Assembly (NCBI GenBank): GCA_033762115.1
Contig: JANRLX010000022.1
Location: 1-64,000 of the forward strand
Direction of reading: 5' to 3'
From: Verrucomicrobiota bacterium
GTDB taxonomy: Bacteria > Verrucomicrobiota > Verrucomicrobiia > Limisphaerales > SXQI01
DNA length: 64,000 nt
The notes beneath the pieces were generated by a model. That model was given only the letters and a program-made list of their open reading frames with translations. It searched no databases and was not told the DNA's origin. Of this stretch, positions 29,317-39,789 are shown piece by piece (position 1 is the stretch's first letter; every line of letters begins with the position of its first letter). A program made the position numbers and the translations under genes.

Positions 29317-30603
29317 ATGAACGCGAGCATTTTTTCCCTGTTTTTATTTGTTACCGTCCTGGTGGCGCAGGAAAAACCTGCTGATCCATACTTCGATAAA
29401 TATCTCCCCACTCCCGCGCCGAAACCGGAACGCCTGTTGTTGGAAAAAGGGGACCGGCTGGCAATTTGCGGTGATTCGATCACGGAGCAAAAAATGTATT
29501 CCAGGGTGATGGAAACCTACCTGACAGTTTGCGTGCCGGAGCTGGAGGTGAGTGTGCGCCAGTATGGATGGGGCGGTGAAAAAGCGCCGGGGTTTTTACG
29601 ACGGATGACCAATGACGTGCTGCGGTTCAAGCCGACAATCGCCACGACCTGTTACGGGATGAACGACCATGAGTATCGCGATTATGAAGAGCGGATCGGG
29701 AACCAATATCGTGATGCTTCGCGCGCGATCATTCGGGCATTCAAGTATCATGGAGTCCGCGTGGTTCATGGGTCACCCGGCCCGGTGGGAAAGGTGCCGC
29801 ACTGGACGAAATCTGACTCTTACAGCAAGGAACAACTGAACCTGAACTTATTAAACCTGAGAAATATTGGTGTGGAACTGGCGAATGAGGAGAAGGTCGG
29901 TTTTGCGGATGTGTTCTGGCCGATGTTTGTGTCGGAGCATCTGGCGCGAAAACAGTATGGAGAGGATTATGCCGTGGCGGGCAAGGATGGGGTCCATCCG
30001 GGATGGGCCGGGAGTTTTATCATGGCGTATTCGTTCCTCAAGGCGCTTGGATTGGATGGTGAGTTGGGTTCGTTCACACTGGACCTGGCAAGCAACCAGG
30101 TGAAGCCAAGTGAGGGACATCGCGTGCTTTCATCGCGGGCCGGAATCTTTGAAGTCGAAAGTTCCCGTTATCCATTTTGCGCGCCGAAAGGAGACCCGCG
30201 GAACGATGACAGCATCCTTTCAGGAATGACGCTGGTGCCGTTCAACCGGGAGTTGAACCGATTCATGTTGCGAATCAGGAACCCGGAAGCGGCGCGTTAC
30301 AAGGTGACGTGGGGAGAAAGTTCAAAGAGCTTTGATGCGGCTGTGCTGAAGGAAGGAATCAACCTGGCTGCGGAATTCCCGCAAAACCCATTTTCAGAAG
30401 CATTCGCAAAAGTGGATGAAGCAGTGGGGGCGAAACAGGCGTATGAAACGCGCCAGATCAAGATGTTGTTTCATGGAGAAGAGGGGCGGGCGGACAAGGA
30501 TTTGACGGCCACCTTAACGGAAAAAGCCCGTGCTCCGCTGGTGAAGGCGATCCAGGCACAGTTCAGGCCGGTGACCCACACCATCAGGGTGGAGGCGGAA
30601 TAA
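29317..30603 (+). CDS. Exported SGNH/GDSL hydrolase
   Basis: GDSITE, YGMND, DGVHP. Confidence 0.9.
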   Translation: MNASIFSLFLFVTVLVAQEKPADPYFDKYLPTPAPKPERLLLEKGDRLAICGDSITEQKMYSRVMETYLTVCVPELEVSVRQYGWGGEKAPGFLRRMTNDVLRFKPTIATTCYGMNDHEYRDYEERIGNQYRDASRAIIRAFKYHGVRVVHGSPGPVGKVPHWTKSDSYSKEQLNLNLLNLRNIGVELANEEKVGFADVFWPMFVSEHLARKQYGEDYAVAGKDGVHPGWAGSFIMAYSFLKALGLDGELGSFTLDLASNQVKPSEGHRVLSSRAGIFEVESSRYPFCAPKGDPRNDDSILSGMTLVPFNRELNRFMLRIRNPEAARYKVTWGESSKSFDAAVLKEGINLAAEFPQNPFSEAFAKVDEAVGAKQAYETRQIKMLFHGEEGRADKDLTATLTEKARAPLVKAIQAQFRPVTHTIRVEAE

Positions 30604-30617
30604 AGTCAACGGTTCGC

Positions 30618-31979
30618 TTAAGTGGCGAGCTGGTCCAGCTTCCCTGAGGAATCGCCGATGCGAGGAACAGAAACCCCGGCGCGGTCCAGCATGGAAAGGA
30701 ACAGGTTGGCCATTGGGGTTTCCGAAGCATACTTGATATGGCGACCGGGTGTGACGGTGCCGCCAGCCTTTCCGGCGAGGAGGACCGGGAGGTTTTCATG
30801 CTCATGGCGATTGCCGTCCGCAAGGCCGCTTCCATAGACGATCATGCAATTATCAAGGAGCGAGCCGCTGCCTTCCTTCACGGATTTCATGCGTTCGAGG
30901 AAATAGGCGAACTGGCGTGAGTGGAAGGTGTTGATTTTGGCGATTTTCGATTTTTTCTCCTGATTTCCGCCGTGATGGGAGAGATCGTGATGGCCGTCCG
31001 AAACGCCGATGAATGGATAAGGGCGGTTGCTGCCGTCGTGGGCGACAACGAACGTGCTGATCCGGGTGGTGTCAGTCTGGAAGGCGAGAAGCATGAGGTC
31101 GTACATCAACCGGATATGCTGCTCATAATCTTCGGGGATGCCGCTGGGTTTTTGGAAATCAGGTTGTTGGGAAGCGAATTTTTGGGCACGCTCGATGCGT
31201 TGCTCGAGTTCACGAACGGCTGTGAGATATTCATCGAGCTTGCGCTGGTCTGTCCGGCCCAGATTGGATTTCAAGCGTTTGGCATCATCCATGGCGAAGT
31301 CGAGGACGCTTTTTTGAAATTTATCGCGGCGAGCGGCTGCCTCTGCTGATTCGGCAGGACGATTGGTGGCAAACAGGCGTTCAAAGACGAGCCGGGGGTC
31401 CACTTCCGGAGGGAGGGGAGTGGATTCTGTTTTCCAGGAAATATTGTAGGAATAAGCGCAGCTGTAACCGGAATCACAGTTGCCCGCCTGCTGTCCACGA
31501 TCGCAGCCGATTTCCAGGGAGGAAAGGCGGGTGAGGTGACCAATCTTTTGAGCGGCGAGTTGATCGACGGAAACGCCAGCCTTGATATCCGCGCCATCGG
31601 TTTTGCGCGGGCGAGCGCCAGTGAGGAAGGTGGCGGAAGCGCGGGCATGGTCCCCTGCCCCATCAGCGCCAGCGCGACCATTATTATGGGTCAGACCGGA
31701 GATGACGTTGACATATTCCTGAACCGGCTGGAGCGGCTGAAGAATGGGAGGCAGATCGTAACCGGCACCAAGATTTTTTGGGGTCCAATCCTCCATGTTT
31801 GCGCCGTTGGGAACATAGACAAAAGCCATGCGAAGCGGAGCTGCGGAGCCATTGGCGGATTTGGCAGCAGCCTGCACTGCGGGAGTCATCGCTTCCAACA
31901 ATGGCAATGCCATTGCGGTTCCCAATCCTTTCAAAAACGTCCTGCGAGGCAGATGCCAGTTTTTTGTCATAACGCGCAT
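30618..31979 (-). CDS. DUF1552-family protein with Tat-like leader
   Basis: PRRTFLKG...LPLLEAM, FVYVPNG, SVDQLAA, CDSGYSCAY, HHDLSHH, DGNRHEHENLP. Confidence 0.9.
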   Translation of the reverse strand: MRVMTKNWHLPRRTFLKGLGTAMALPLLEAMTPAVQAAAKSANGSAAPLRMAFVYVPNGANMEDWTPKNLGAGYDLPPILQPLQPVQEYVNVISGLTHNNGRAGADGAGDHARASATFLTGARPRKTDGADIKAGVSVDQLAAQKIGHLTRLSSLEIGCDRGQQAGNCDSGYSCAYSYNISWKTESTPLPPEVDPRLVFERLFATNRPAESAEAAARRDKFQKSVLDFAMDDAKRLKSNLGRTDQRKLDEYLTAVRELEQRIERAQKFASQQPDFQKPSGIPEDYEQHIRLMYDLMLLAFQTDTTRISTFVVAHDGSNRPYPFIGVSDGHHDLSHHGGNQEKKSKIAKINTFHSRQFAYFLERMKSVKEGSGSLLDNCMIVYGSGLADGNRHEHENLPVLLAGKAGGTVTPGRHIKYASETPMANLFLSMLDRAGVSVPRIGDSSGKLDQLAT

Positions 31980-32191
31980 TGATACACTGTTCGGGGTTAT
32001 TAGACGAAGTAGATTGGCAACTTCTTCAAACAGAGGGGAGAATTTTTATGGGTTGAGTCCGGGATATTTCAAAAGCACCGGTGGTGGGAGCGTCAAAACG
32101 GGCAAGGGCCCACATTATCGATCTGTTTGTTACCTGAGAGGCCGCATGGATTCCAGTTGCCGAACGCAGTGGCTGGTTTAAGTTGGGCGGA

Positions 32192-35008
32192 ATGAAAATC
32201 CATCTCTGGCTGGTTCTTTCGTTCCTGATCACTTTTTCCCTTCCCGCAGCGCAACTGCCTGCGGACCCGCGAATCGAACAGGGAAAACTTGCCAACGGGG
32301 TGACCTGGCTTTATCGCCAGCATAACAATCCCCCCGGACGAATGGCGCTGCAAATCCATGTGCGCACCGGATCGTTGAATGAAACCGAGGAACAGCGGGG
32401 TCTGGCTCATTTCCTCGAACATATGGCGTTCAACGGGACTGAGAATTTCCCGCCGGGCAAACTGATTCCTTATTTCGAGAGCATCGGGATGGAATTTGGC
32501 GCGCACCTGAACGCCTACACCAGCTTTGACCAGACTTCCTACATGCTTTTCACACCAAATGTGGACCTGGCGCAGATTGACAAGGCTTTGATGGTGCTAA
32601 GTGATTACGCATTTCGGATTTCGCTGCTGCCGGAGGAGATCGAGAAGGAACGGGGTATTGTCCTGGAAGAATCCCGCACCGGAAAAAATGCCCAGCAACG
32701 GATTCGGGACAAGTTATGGCCTGAACTGTTCAAGGGAACACGCTTTGCCAAACGGCTGCCGATCGGCGAAGAGGCGATCCTTGCTTCCGCCAAAAAAGAG
32801 CAATTCGAGAATTATTACAAAAAATGGTACCGGCCTGAAAATGTGACCGTGGTATTGGTGGGGGATGCTCCATCGAAGGAGATTCTGCCGCTGATCGAAA
32901 AGTGGTTTGGGAAAGCTACGGCTGAAGGGGAGGCGGCGAAACAGTTTACGCCGGAGTTCCAGCCATTTACTGAAAAACGGGCTTATGTGGTGACCGACCC
33001 TGAAATGGCCTTTTGCCAGGTGCAGATGATGAATATCCGCCCGGGCCGACCTCCGACAGTGACCATGGAGGAAGCGCGGACTGAGCTGGTGGAGTATATC
33101 GGCAGCTGGATCATCAGCCGCCGTTTTGACGATTTGGTGAAGAAAGGGACCGCCAGTTACCGGAATGCAGGGGCCTACGCACAAAATTTTTTCAATGATG
33201 CGATGCTGGCTGTCGGATTCAGCATTGGCGAAGCAAAGGATTGGGGGAAGATGCTGGATGAAGTGGTGACCGAGATCAAACGAGCCACCGAGTATGGTTT
33301 TTCGGATCGTGAACTCAACCTGGCCCGAAAGGAAATCCTGGCTGAAGCGGAACGGGCGATCCGCACTGAAAGCACCCGGAATGCGCAGGAGGTGATTGGA
33401 CAAATCATTGATTCGGTCAATGAACGTGAGCCGGTCCTTTCAGCCGAGCAGCAGTTCAAATTGTATCAGACATTGCTTCCGGGCATCTCGGCGGCAGAAG
33501 TAACCAGTTCGTTCAAGGAACATTTCAGCGCCAATACGTTTGCCTATGTGGTGACGATGTCCGACAAGGGGGGGAACGAAGTGCCTTCGAGCGAAGCGGT
33601 GCTGGCGCGGGCAAAGGCGGCCCTGGCAGCGGAAGTCTCAAAACCGGAGGAGCGGCAGGTGCCGACGAACCTGCTCGCAACCCTGCCGAAACCGGGCAAG
33701 GTGACCGATAAATCGTTCGACAAGGATTTGGGAATCACCAGCGCGTGGCTGGAAAACAATGTGCGGGTGCATCATCGGTTCATGGATTATAAGAAGGATT
33801 CCGTGCTGGTTTCGATTGCCCTCGCGGGTGGGAACATCGAAGAAACCAGGGAGAATGCCGGGATTACGGCCGCCGCCAGTTTGGTCCTGAATGAACCGGC
33901 CACTTCCCGGCTGACTTCGGCGGATGTGCGGGATTTGATGACAGGCAGAAATATCAATGTCAGTGGCGGTTCGGGAGGGGATCACTTGTTAATCACGGTG
34001 ACCGGCTCTCCATTGAACCTGGATAGCGGCTTGCAACTTGCCCACGCTCTACTTACCGATGGGAAGATCGAGGAGTCGGCCTTTCGCAACTGGCGGTTGA
34101 TGTCGTTGCAACGTTTTGAGGATCGCGAGAAGCGGCCTAATTTCAAGGCGCAGGAAGCAATGGAATCGTTATTGAGCAATAACGATCCGCGTCGTGTTTT
34201 CTACGGCAAAAAGGAACTGGAGGCTTTGACCTTGTCCAAGGCGCAGGAATGGTTTGATCGGATCCGCACCACCGCACCGATTGAAGTGGCGGTCGTCGGA
34301 GATATCCAATGGGAAGAGGCGCAGGGGTTGGTTGAACAGTATGTGGGATCGCTTTCGAAACGGGAGCGACGCTCGGAACGAATCGAGGCATTGCGAAAAT
34401 CACCACGTCCTGAAGGGCCGCTGGAAAAGCATGTGAAAGTGGAGACCGTCACCCCACAGGCGATGGCCCTGGCAGGGTTTGCGGGTTCTGAGGCGAGAAA
34501 CATCAAGGATTCGCGCGGACTGGAATTGGCGTCCTACATCCTGAGCAGCCGGTTGATCAAAAAAATTCGTGAAGAACTGGCGATTGTTTATTCCATCGGC
34601 GCGAACAATTCACCTTCACAGATTTACCTGGATGCGGGCCGGTTTTTGAGCGGGGCTCCATGCGACCCGGCCAAGGTCAACCAGGTGAACGACGAAATTC
34701 ATAAGATTTTTGAGGATTTCGCAAAGAATGGCCCAACCGAGGAGGAAGTGACAAACGCGAAGAAGCAAGTGGACAACAGCCTTGAACAGGGATTGAGGGA
34801 GCCGAGCTACTGGTGGGGTGTGCTCAGGACAGCGCACTTGCGAAAGTGGGATGTGGATTCGGAAAAGAACATCCGTGAGGATTACCAGAAATTCACCGGC
34901 GATGAGGTCAAGGCGATCTTCGCAAAGTATTATAAGCCAACGAGCATTTTCCGGGTGACCGCAGTGCCGACCGGGACCGAAACGGCAAAGCAGGCTTCCG
35001 CACAGTAA
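32192..35008 (+). CDS. M16 zinc protease (PqqL/insulinase-like)
   Basis: Signal peptide; GLAHFLEHMAFNGT (HxxEH), NAYTSFDQT, ERGIVLEE, WYRPEN. Confidence 0.93.
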   Translation: MKIHLWLVLSFLITFSLPAAQLPADPRIEQGKLANGVTWLYRQHNNPPGRMALQIHVRTGSLNETEEQRGLAHFLEHMAFNGTENFPPGKLIPYFESIGMEFGAHLNAYTSFDQTSYMLFTPNVDLAQIDKALMVLSDYAFRISLLPEEIEKERGIVLEESRTGKNAQQRIRDKLWPELFKGTRFAKRLPIGEEAILASAKKEQFENYYKKWYRPENVTVVLVGDAPSKEILPLIEKWFGKATAEGEAAKQFTPEFQPFTEKRAYVVTDPEMAFCQVQMMNIRPGRPPTVTMEEARTELVEYIGSWIISRRFDDLVKKGTASYRNAGAYAQNFFNDAMLAVGFSIGEAKDWGKMLDEVVTEIKRATEYGFSDRELNLARKEILAEAERAIRTESTRNAQEVIGQIIDSVNEREPVLSAEQQFKLYQTLLPGISAAEVTSSFKEHFSANTFAYVVTMSDKGGNEVPSSEAVLARAKAALAAEVSKPEERQVPTNLLATLPKPGKVTDKSFDKDLGITSAWLENNVRVHHRFMDYKKDSVLVSIALAGGNIEETRENAGITAAASLVLNEPATSRLTSADVRDLMTGRNINVSGGSGGDHLLITVTGSPLNLDSGLQLAHALLTDGKIEESAFRNWRLMSLQRFEDREKRPNFKAQEAMESLLSNNDPRRVFYGKKELEALTLSKAQEWFDRIRTTAPIEVAVVGDIQWEEAQGLVEQYVGSLSKRERRSERIEALRKSPRPEGPLEKHVKVETVTPQAMALAGFAGSEARNIKDSRGLELASYILSSRLIKKIREELAIVYSIGANNSPSQIYLDAGRFLSGAPCDPAKVNQVNDEIHKIFEDFAKNGPTEEEVTNAKKQVDNSLEQGLREPSYWWGVLRTAHLRKWDVDSEKNIREDYQKFTGDEVKAIFAKYYKPTSIFRVTAVPTGTETAKQASAQ

Positions 35009-35704
35009 TCATTGGAGTGGGGAATAGAATACCTGCACTGAGTAGAGCAGAGGCATGCCCGTTTCGCTCATGCTGAGACGGGCAGCGCAACCAAGATAAC
35101 GAGGCCGGGTATCGAGAAGATTTTCACGGTGCCCAGGGGATTTGAGCCATTGCTCAACAAGAGCCTGGGCAAAACTGCGGTAGGTATGAGGTGGGATGAC
35201 AGGTCCCCTGGGAGTATAACTGAAATTCTTTTTTCCTTGGTTGGTCCGTGAATGGAACTGACGCCCTGATTCATATTGAAGCGCAAAGGTCATGGCGAGG
35301 TTTTCCGCTCCAAAACGAGGAGTGATCCCAGCCAGCGTCATTCGTTTCTCCAAAGTGGATTTGTTGGTTTCAAACTTGTTCACATGATCAATGAATTTGA
35401 AGCGCGCCATTGAAATGGCGTGCATTTCCGCGGCCATGATTGATTTGGTGTCCGTCTGCAAAGGAGAAAGTTTTTCCCCGATTCGACGGCGGTTGGTTTC
35501 ATGAAAAATTGCCGCACCAAGCAGGTGGTAATTGATCTTCTCGGGAAGGATCGATTCCTTTCCGAGCGGAGAGGCGAAATATTGCTGAGTGGTCAGAAAG
35601 TAAACCCGGCTTTGCAAGGAATTCGTTTCAACTGTTTTTGGTTGAGCGGCAAGGCAGGCCCAGGCACACCCGAGGCAGAGCCATAATTTCAATAATTTTC
35701 CCAT
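35009..35704 (-). CDS. CAP/SCP-domain exported protein
   Basis: TNRRR, HAISMA, AENLA, WLKSPGHRENLL; start 35704 or 35749. Confidence 0.85.
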   Translation of the reverse strand: MGKLLKLWLCLGCAWACLAAQPKTVETNSLQSRVYFLTTQQYFASPLGKESILPEKINYHLLGAAIFHETNRRRIGEKLSPLQTDTKSIMAAEMHAISMARFKFIDHVNKFETNKSTLEKRMTLAGITPRFGAENLAMTFALQYESGRQFHSRTNQGKKNFSYTPRGPVIPPHTYRSFAQALVEQWLKSPGHRENLLDTRPRYLGCAARLSMSETGMPLLYSVQVFYSPLQ

Positions 35705-35880
35705 TGGGTAACCTGCCACATGAGGGGACTTCCGGGAACCTTTTGTCAAACATGGAGAATTTTCAGTAAAAGTGGGGCCTTAAAAAATGGTTGCCACCCC
35801 TTGCGGAACGGCATTGGTTCTGCTTACTTTCTCCGCCCATTGAACAGAATCAAATGGGAATAGAGAGTAGTTGGTGTCAG

Positions 35881-36192
35881 ATGGAATCAATTGAATCGTC
35901 CTTGATGGGTGGTGGGAAGCGGTATTCGGCCAAAAACATGAGAAAGCCGATCAACTTCACCTGTTTCGCTCCGGCAGCGCGTGAAGTTTTTTTGGTGGGA
36001 AGTTTTAACCAATGGCAACCGCAAGTCATGAAACGACAGCCTGATGGCGGCTGGCATTTACAAGCGCAGCTTTCGCATGGCCATCACCAGTATTTATTCC
36101 TGATTGATGGAACCCCGACAATCGACCAGCGGGCACAAGGAATCGTTCGCAACGAGAAAAACGAGCGGGTTTCGCTGATCGCTGTCAGTTGA
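35881..36192 (+). CDS. Stand-alone glycogen-binding (CBM48/AMPK-beta-like) domain protein
   Basis: APAAREVFLVGSFNQW...GGW...GHHQYLFLIDG. Confidence 0.85.
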   Translation: MESIESSLMGGGKRYSAKNMRKPINFTCFAPAAREVFLVGSFNQWQPQVMKRQPDGGWHLQAQLSHGHHQYLFLIDGTPTIDQRAQGIVRNEKNERVSLIAVS

Positions 36193-37057
36193 GGTTGCGC
36201 CGGAGCGCCCGGCGAATCTCTTCAGCGTAGCCTTCGCGAAAGGTGGGGTAGCGCAGCAGATACCCGAGTTCAGCGAGACGTTGATTGGAGACGCGTTTGC
36301 TGGTTGTAGCGCGTTTCCGGGAGGAGAGGGGTTCCGTTTCGACCGGGGGAAGCGGCTTTTTCAATTCCTGGGAAAGCCATTGGAAAAATTCCAATTGAGT
36401 CACCGGACAAGAATCAGTGGCGTTATAAATGTTGCCGGGAATTCCCCTTGTTAAGGCAGCCTCAATTATTCCAGCGAGATCATCGCGGTGAATCATGTTC
36501 AACAGGCGGTCACCGGAACCGCTGATTTTGGCTTCGCTGCCCAGGTATTGGTGAAAAAGATGCCCACGCTCCGGACCGTAAATACCGGAAACACGAAGAA
36601 TAACTCCCGGAAAACCGCTGCTGGATTTCTCCAAGATCAATTGTTCTGTTTCAACGAGGATTTGGCTGGTGGGAGTTTGTGGTGAAGTGGGGCTGTTTTC
36701 GGTGACGTACTCACCGTTTACTTGTCCATAAACACTTGTGCTGCTGGTATAAACAAATTTTTGAAGCGGGCTGTCCTGAAGCCAGTTAATAATATTGCGA
36801 GTCCCTTCCAGATACACGGCACGATACTCCTCGGAGCCTCCCCTTGAGGACGAGACGGTGTTGATGACCCAGTCAAAATCAGGTGTCATGGTCTGCAATG
36901 ATTCCGGCTGGGTAATATCCCCCTGCAACAGATGGATGTCAGGGTCAAGGTTTTCAGGACGCGTTCGCCGCATGGCAATCACTGTGTGTCCCTGGGAAAG
37001 AAAACGCTCGGCAACGGCAAGCCCGACATACCCGCACCCAATAATGAGGACTCGCAT
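36185..37057 (-). CDS. NAD-dependent epimerase/dehydratase (YeeZ-like SDR)
   Basis: MRVLIIGCGYVG, SSTSVYG, LRVSGIYGP, NMIHRDD, YPTFREG. Confidence 0.9.
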   Translation of the reverse strand: MRVLIIGCGYVGLAVAERFLSQGHTVIAMRRTRPENLDPDIHLLQGDITQPESLQTMTPDFDWVINTVSSSRGGSEEYRAVYLEGTRNIINWLQDSPLQKFVYTSSTSVYGQVNGEYVTENSPTSPQTPTSQILVETEQLILEKSSSGFPGVILRVSGIYGPERGHLFHQYLGSEAKISGSGDRLLNMIHRDDLAGIIEAALTRGIPGNIYNATDSCPVTQLEFFQWLSQELKKPLPPVETEPLSSRKRATTSKRVSNQRLAELGYLLRYPTFREGYAEEIRRALRRNLN

Positions 37058-37058
37058 G

Positions 37059-37607
37059 CTACGGATTGGTTCCGTCAAGCTCGGCCAGTTTTTTCACGGC
37101 GAGAGTTTCCCCATTTTCTGCCGCCTGCTTCAGGTAAGAGCGAGCTGTTAATTCATTCTTCTCAACCCCGTCGCCAGTCAGGTAACGAAGCCCAAGTGCA
37201 TATTGCGCCCGGCTCGACCCTTCCTCAGCTCTCTTTATTTGCCATTCCAGAGAGTTCTGGGCTAATCGCGATTTTTCTTTCTCACGCTTTTCCTGGGAAG
37301 GAATGTGGTTTCTCGGAACGAATGGAGAACCATGTTGGGAATAGGGTGCTTTTTGCTGAACTGTGCTTGCAGGAACAGGTGATGGGGCGGTGCTGCTTTG
37401 TTTATTGGTCGTTATTTGAGAGGAAGGTGGCAGTCGATAGTAGCGCCTTCCGGAACGACGGCTTGGGGAAAGTGAGCCGGGGTTTTGGGTAACCAATGTT
37501 TGTTTTAATGGGTTGGGGATGTCCGTTCGACGAAAAGCGCCTGAATAACCATCTGGAACAGAGGCCAGCAGCAGGGCACAGCAAATCTTCAGGGCGGCGG
37601 CTTTCAT
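37059..37607 (-). CDS. Exported protein with a C-terminal SEL1-like repeat
   Basis: Signal peptide, low-complexity linker, AEEGSSRAQYALGLRYLTGDGVEKN...AAENG. Confidence 0.8.
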   Translation of the reverse strand: MKAAALKICCALLLASVPDGYSGAFRRTDIPNPLKQTLVTQNPGSLSPSRRSGRRYYRLPPSSQITTNKQSSTAPSPVPASTVQQKAPYSQHGSPFVPRNHIPSQEKREKEKSRLAQNSLEWQIKRAEEGSSRAQYALGLRYLTGDGVEKNELTARSYLKQAAENGETLAVKKLAELDGTNP

Positions 37608-37749
37608 CTCTATCCTCTGGATGAAGGAAGCGATAATCATTGTCAAACAAATCCGGCTCGGGCAATGCCCTGATCAGAAATCCGGACAATTCATTTCACT
37701 TAAATGAACGAGATCGTTGGCGCGGTGACAACCTGCGTTATCGCTGACT

Positions 37750-39789
37750 TTAACTGCTCAACGCGGTTTGTGCAGATCGCCGCGGCAATAGCAGAATGGA
37801 TTCCAGACAGACGATGATTAACACCGTCAACAGAGCCCATTTCCAAATTTTTTGGGACGATTCCAATTCTGCCGCCTGTTGTTGCCTAAGGCGCTGGATT
37901 CCCCCTTTCGATAGAGAGGCGGCGTCAGGAGACAATTCCAGAGGAACTCCCAACGCTTGCAGCTGGGCTTTAGGAAAAGGTGCGGTCCGACTCTCTGAAG
38001 GATCGATATTGACAGCAACTTGTTGGACGGAAGAGCCATCCTGCAGGAGGTAAACTCCAGGTTTGTCCGTTTGCTCGAACCGTTCCGCCTTCTCCGGCAG
38101 AGTGGTGACAGTGCCGTCCGGGGTGCGAACATTAAAAGACGCGCTCTTTTTGGGTAAAGCAATAGGTTCATTAACCAGCCTGGCCGCGGTTCCCTGAGGA
38201 ATGGGTGAACTGAATTCCAGGGAAGAATACAGGAATGGGACAAATTTGCTTGATAAGGCAAACTGGCTCATGGCTGGTTCCCACCGGAATGCAAACAGGA
38301 TGACAGCTCCTTTTCCGACCGGAATTTCAACCATCGCTGGGGAAGCATCGTCGAAACGGGCCAGGACCCGTGGTGGGGTGGTTGAGGGGGTTGTCAGGGT
38401 GAATCGTTGCCAGATATTGATCTTGGAAAAATCGCTGTATCGAGCATCACGAAACGGAGCAAAGATCGGGTGCTCAAAATTGATTTCCTGAAGCAACGCA
38501 TAACCAGTATCAACGCCTGGTGAGAGAACGGCACCTGGAAGAATTGAAGCAAGCAGACCGTTGATTGTTTCTGCGTCACCCGGCAGCGCAATCACCACCC
38601 GGCCGTTGTTGCAAAATTCGATGATGCTTTGCAATTCCTGGGGTGAGGCGCGTTGCACAATTGCCATCGCAGCAGTGGACAAATCGTTTGTAGAAGGTTT
38701 TGTGAGGTTCACTTTTAAAAACCCTGCACTCTTAAAAGCGCGTTCGATATAATAAAGTGGAGCGGCTGTGTTTGTGGGGGAATCAGTCCCGAAATAGAAG
38801 ACTGCCATTTCAGGCGCGATGATCGGGACCTGGTAGCTCTTGTTGTCAAAAGGTTCCTCATCACCTTGCAGGGTGACCTGGGAAACGTTCGTCAGGTTGA
38901 TTGTGACCACTCGATTTTGTCCGGGCGCAACAGATACTGTGAGGGTGTCATTGGTCTGTTGATTGACAGCAGTGATTTTGAACTGATCGATTCGCGAATC
39001 GGCGGCATTACTCACCCGTGCACGCGCAGGCGAATTTGGAGTCGTTGGCTGCAGTAGCATGATCCCAGCGTTACTACTGCGCGAACTTATCGCTTCCAAT
39101 CGTACGGTCACATCGCGCGGCCAGGAGAAATTCTGGAGAGCATCCAGTTTTGAACCTTCCTGAAGGTCCGAAACAAGAGCAATTTCCTTGTGCTCTGGCG
39201 CGGTGCCCACAGGATTCGCTTCCAAAGAGATTAAATCAGCTGCTGAAACCAAAGCATCCCCGAGGTTACTTGAGTCGAAACCGGGCGTCAGAGATTGGAC
39301 CAGGGCGATGGCCGCTGCTTTTTGATTTCCCTGTTGCCGATTCCGCCATTCAGTAAATGAGAGAATTGGAGTCAGGGTGGAGTCCACGGCATAGATTGCC
39401 AGTTCATCCCCCTCGGAAAGATTGCTGATTACATTACGGGCACGTTCCTGGGCTGCTGGCCAAATGTCCCGGCGTTGCATGCTGGCACTCACGTCGAGCA
39501 ACAACACAACGCGCTTTGAGCCGGTGGACACGGCAGGTTGAGGGAGGTGTTTGGCCAGATAAGGGCGAGCAAAACAAAGAGCCAGGAGCAGGAGGACAGC
39601 GCAGCGGAGAAGTAAAAGAATCAAATCTTCCAGGCGGCTTCGCTTGGAAACACGGGGAATGCTCTCCCGGAGGAACATCAGAGTGCTGAAGGAAAACTTC
39701 TCTCTCGTATGGCGGCGGATCAAATGGAAGAGGAGTGGCGCTGCAATTGAGATCGCACCGATCAGGAATAATGGCGTGAGAAAACTCAT
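37750..39789 (-). CDS. BatA-domain + vWA membrane-anchored protein
   Basis: MSFLTPLFL...PLLFHLIRR...FSTLMFL...ARP (BatA); DVSASM MIDAS; VNIDPSES plus C-terminal TM. Confidence 0.88.
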   Translation of the reverse strand: MSFLTPLFLIGAISIAAPLLFHLIRRHTREKFSFSTLMFLRESIPRVSKRSRLEDLILLLLRCAVLLLLALCFARPYLAKHLPQPAVSTGSKRVVLLLDVSASMQRRDIWPAAQERARNVISNLSEGDELAIYAVDSTLTPILSFTEWRNRQQGNQKAAAIALVQSLTPGFDSSNLGDALVSAADLISLEANPVGTAPEHKEIALVSDLQEGSKLDALQNFSWPRDVTVRLEAISSRSSNAGIMLLQPTTPNSPARARVSNAADSRIDQFKITAVNQQTNDTLTVSVAPGQNRVVTINLTNVSQVTLQGDEEPFDNKSYQVPIIAPEMAVFYFGTDSPTNTAAPLYYIERAFKSAGFLKVNLTKPSTNDLSTAAMAIVQRASPQELQSIIEFCNNGRVVIALPGDAETINGLLASILPGAVLSPGVDTGYALLQEINFEHPIFAPFRDARYSDFSKINIWQRFTLTTPSTTPPRVLARFDDASPAMVEIPVGKGAVILFAFRWEPAMSQFALSSKFVPFLYSSLEFSSPIPQGTAARLVNEPIALPKKSASFNVRTPDGTVTTLPEKAERFEQTDKPGVYLLQDGSSVQQVAVNIDPSESRTAPFPKAQLQALGVPLELSPDAASLSKGGIQRLRQQQAAELESSQKIWKWALLTVLIIVCLESILLLPRRSAQTALSS

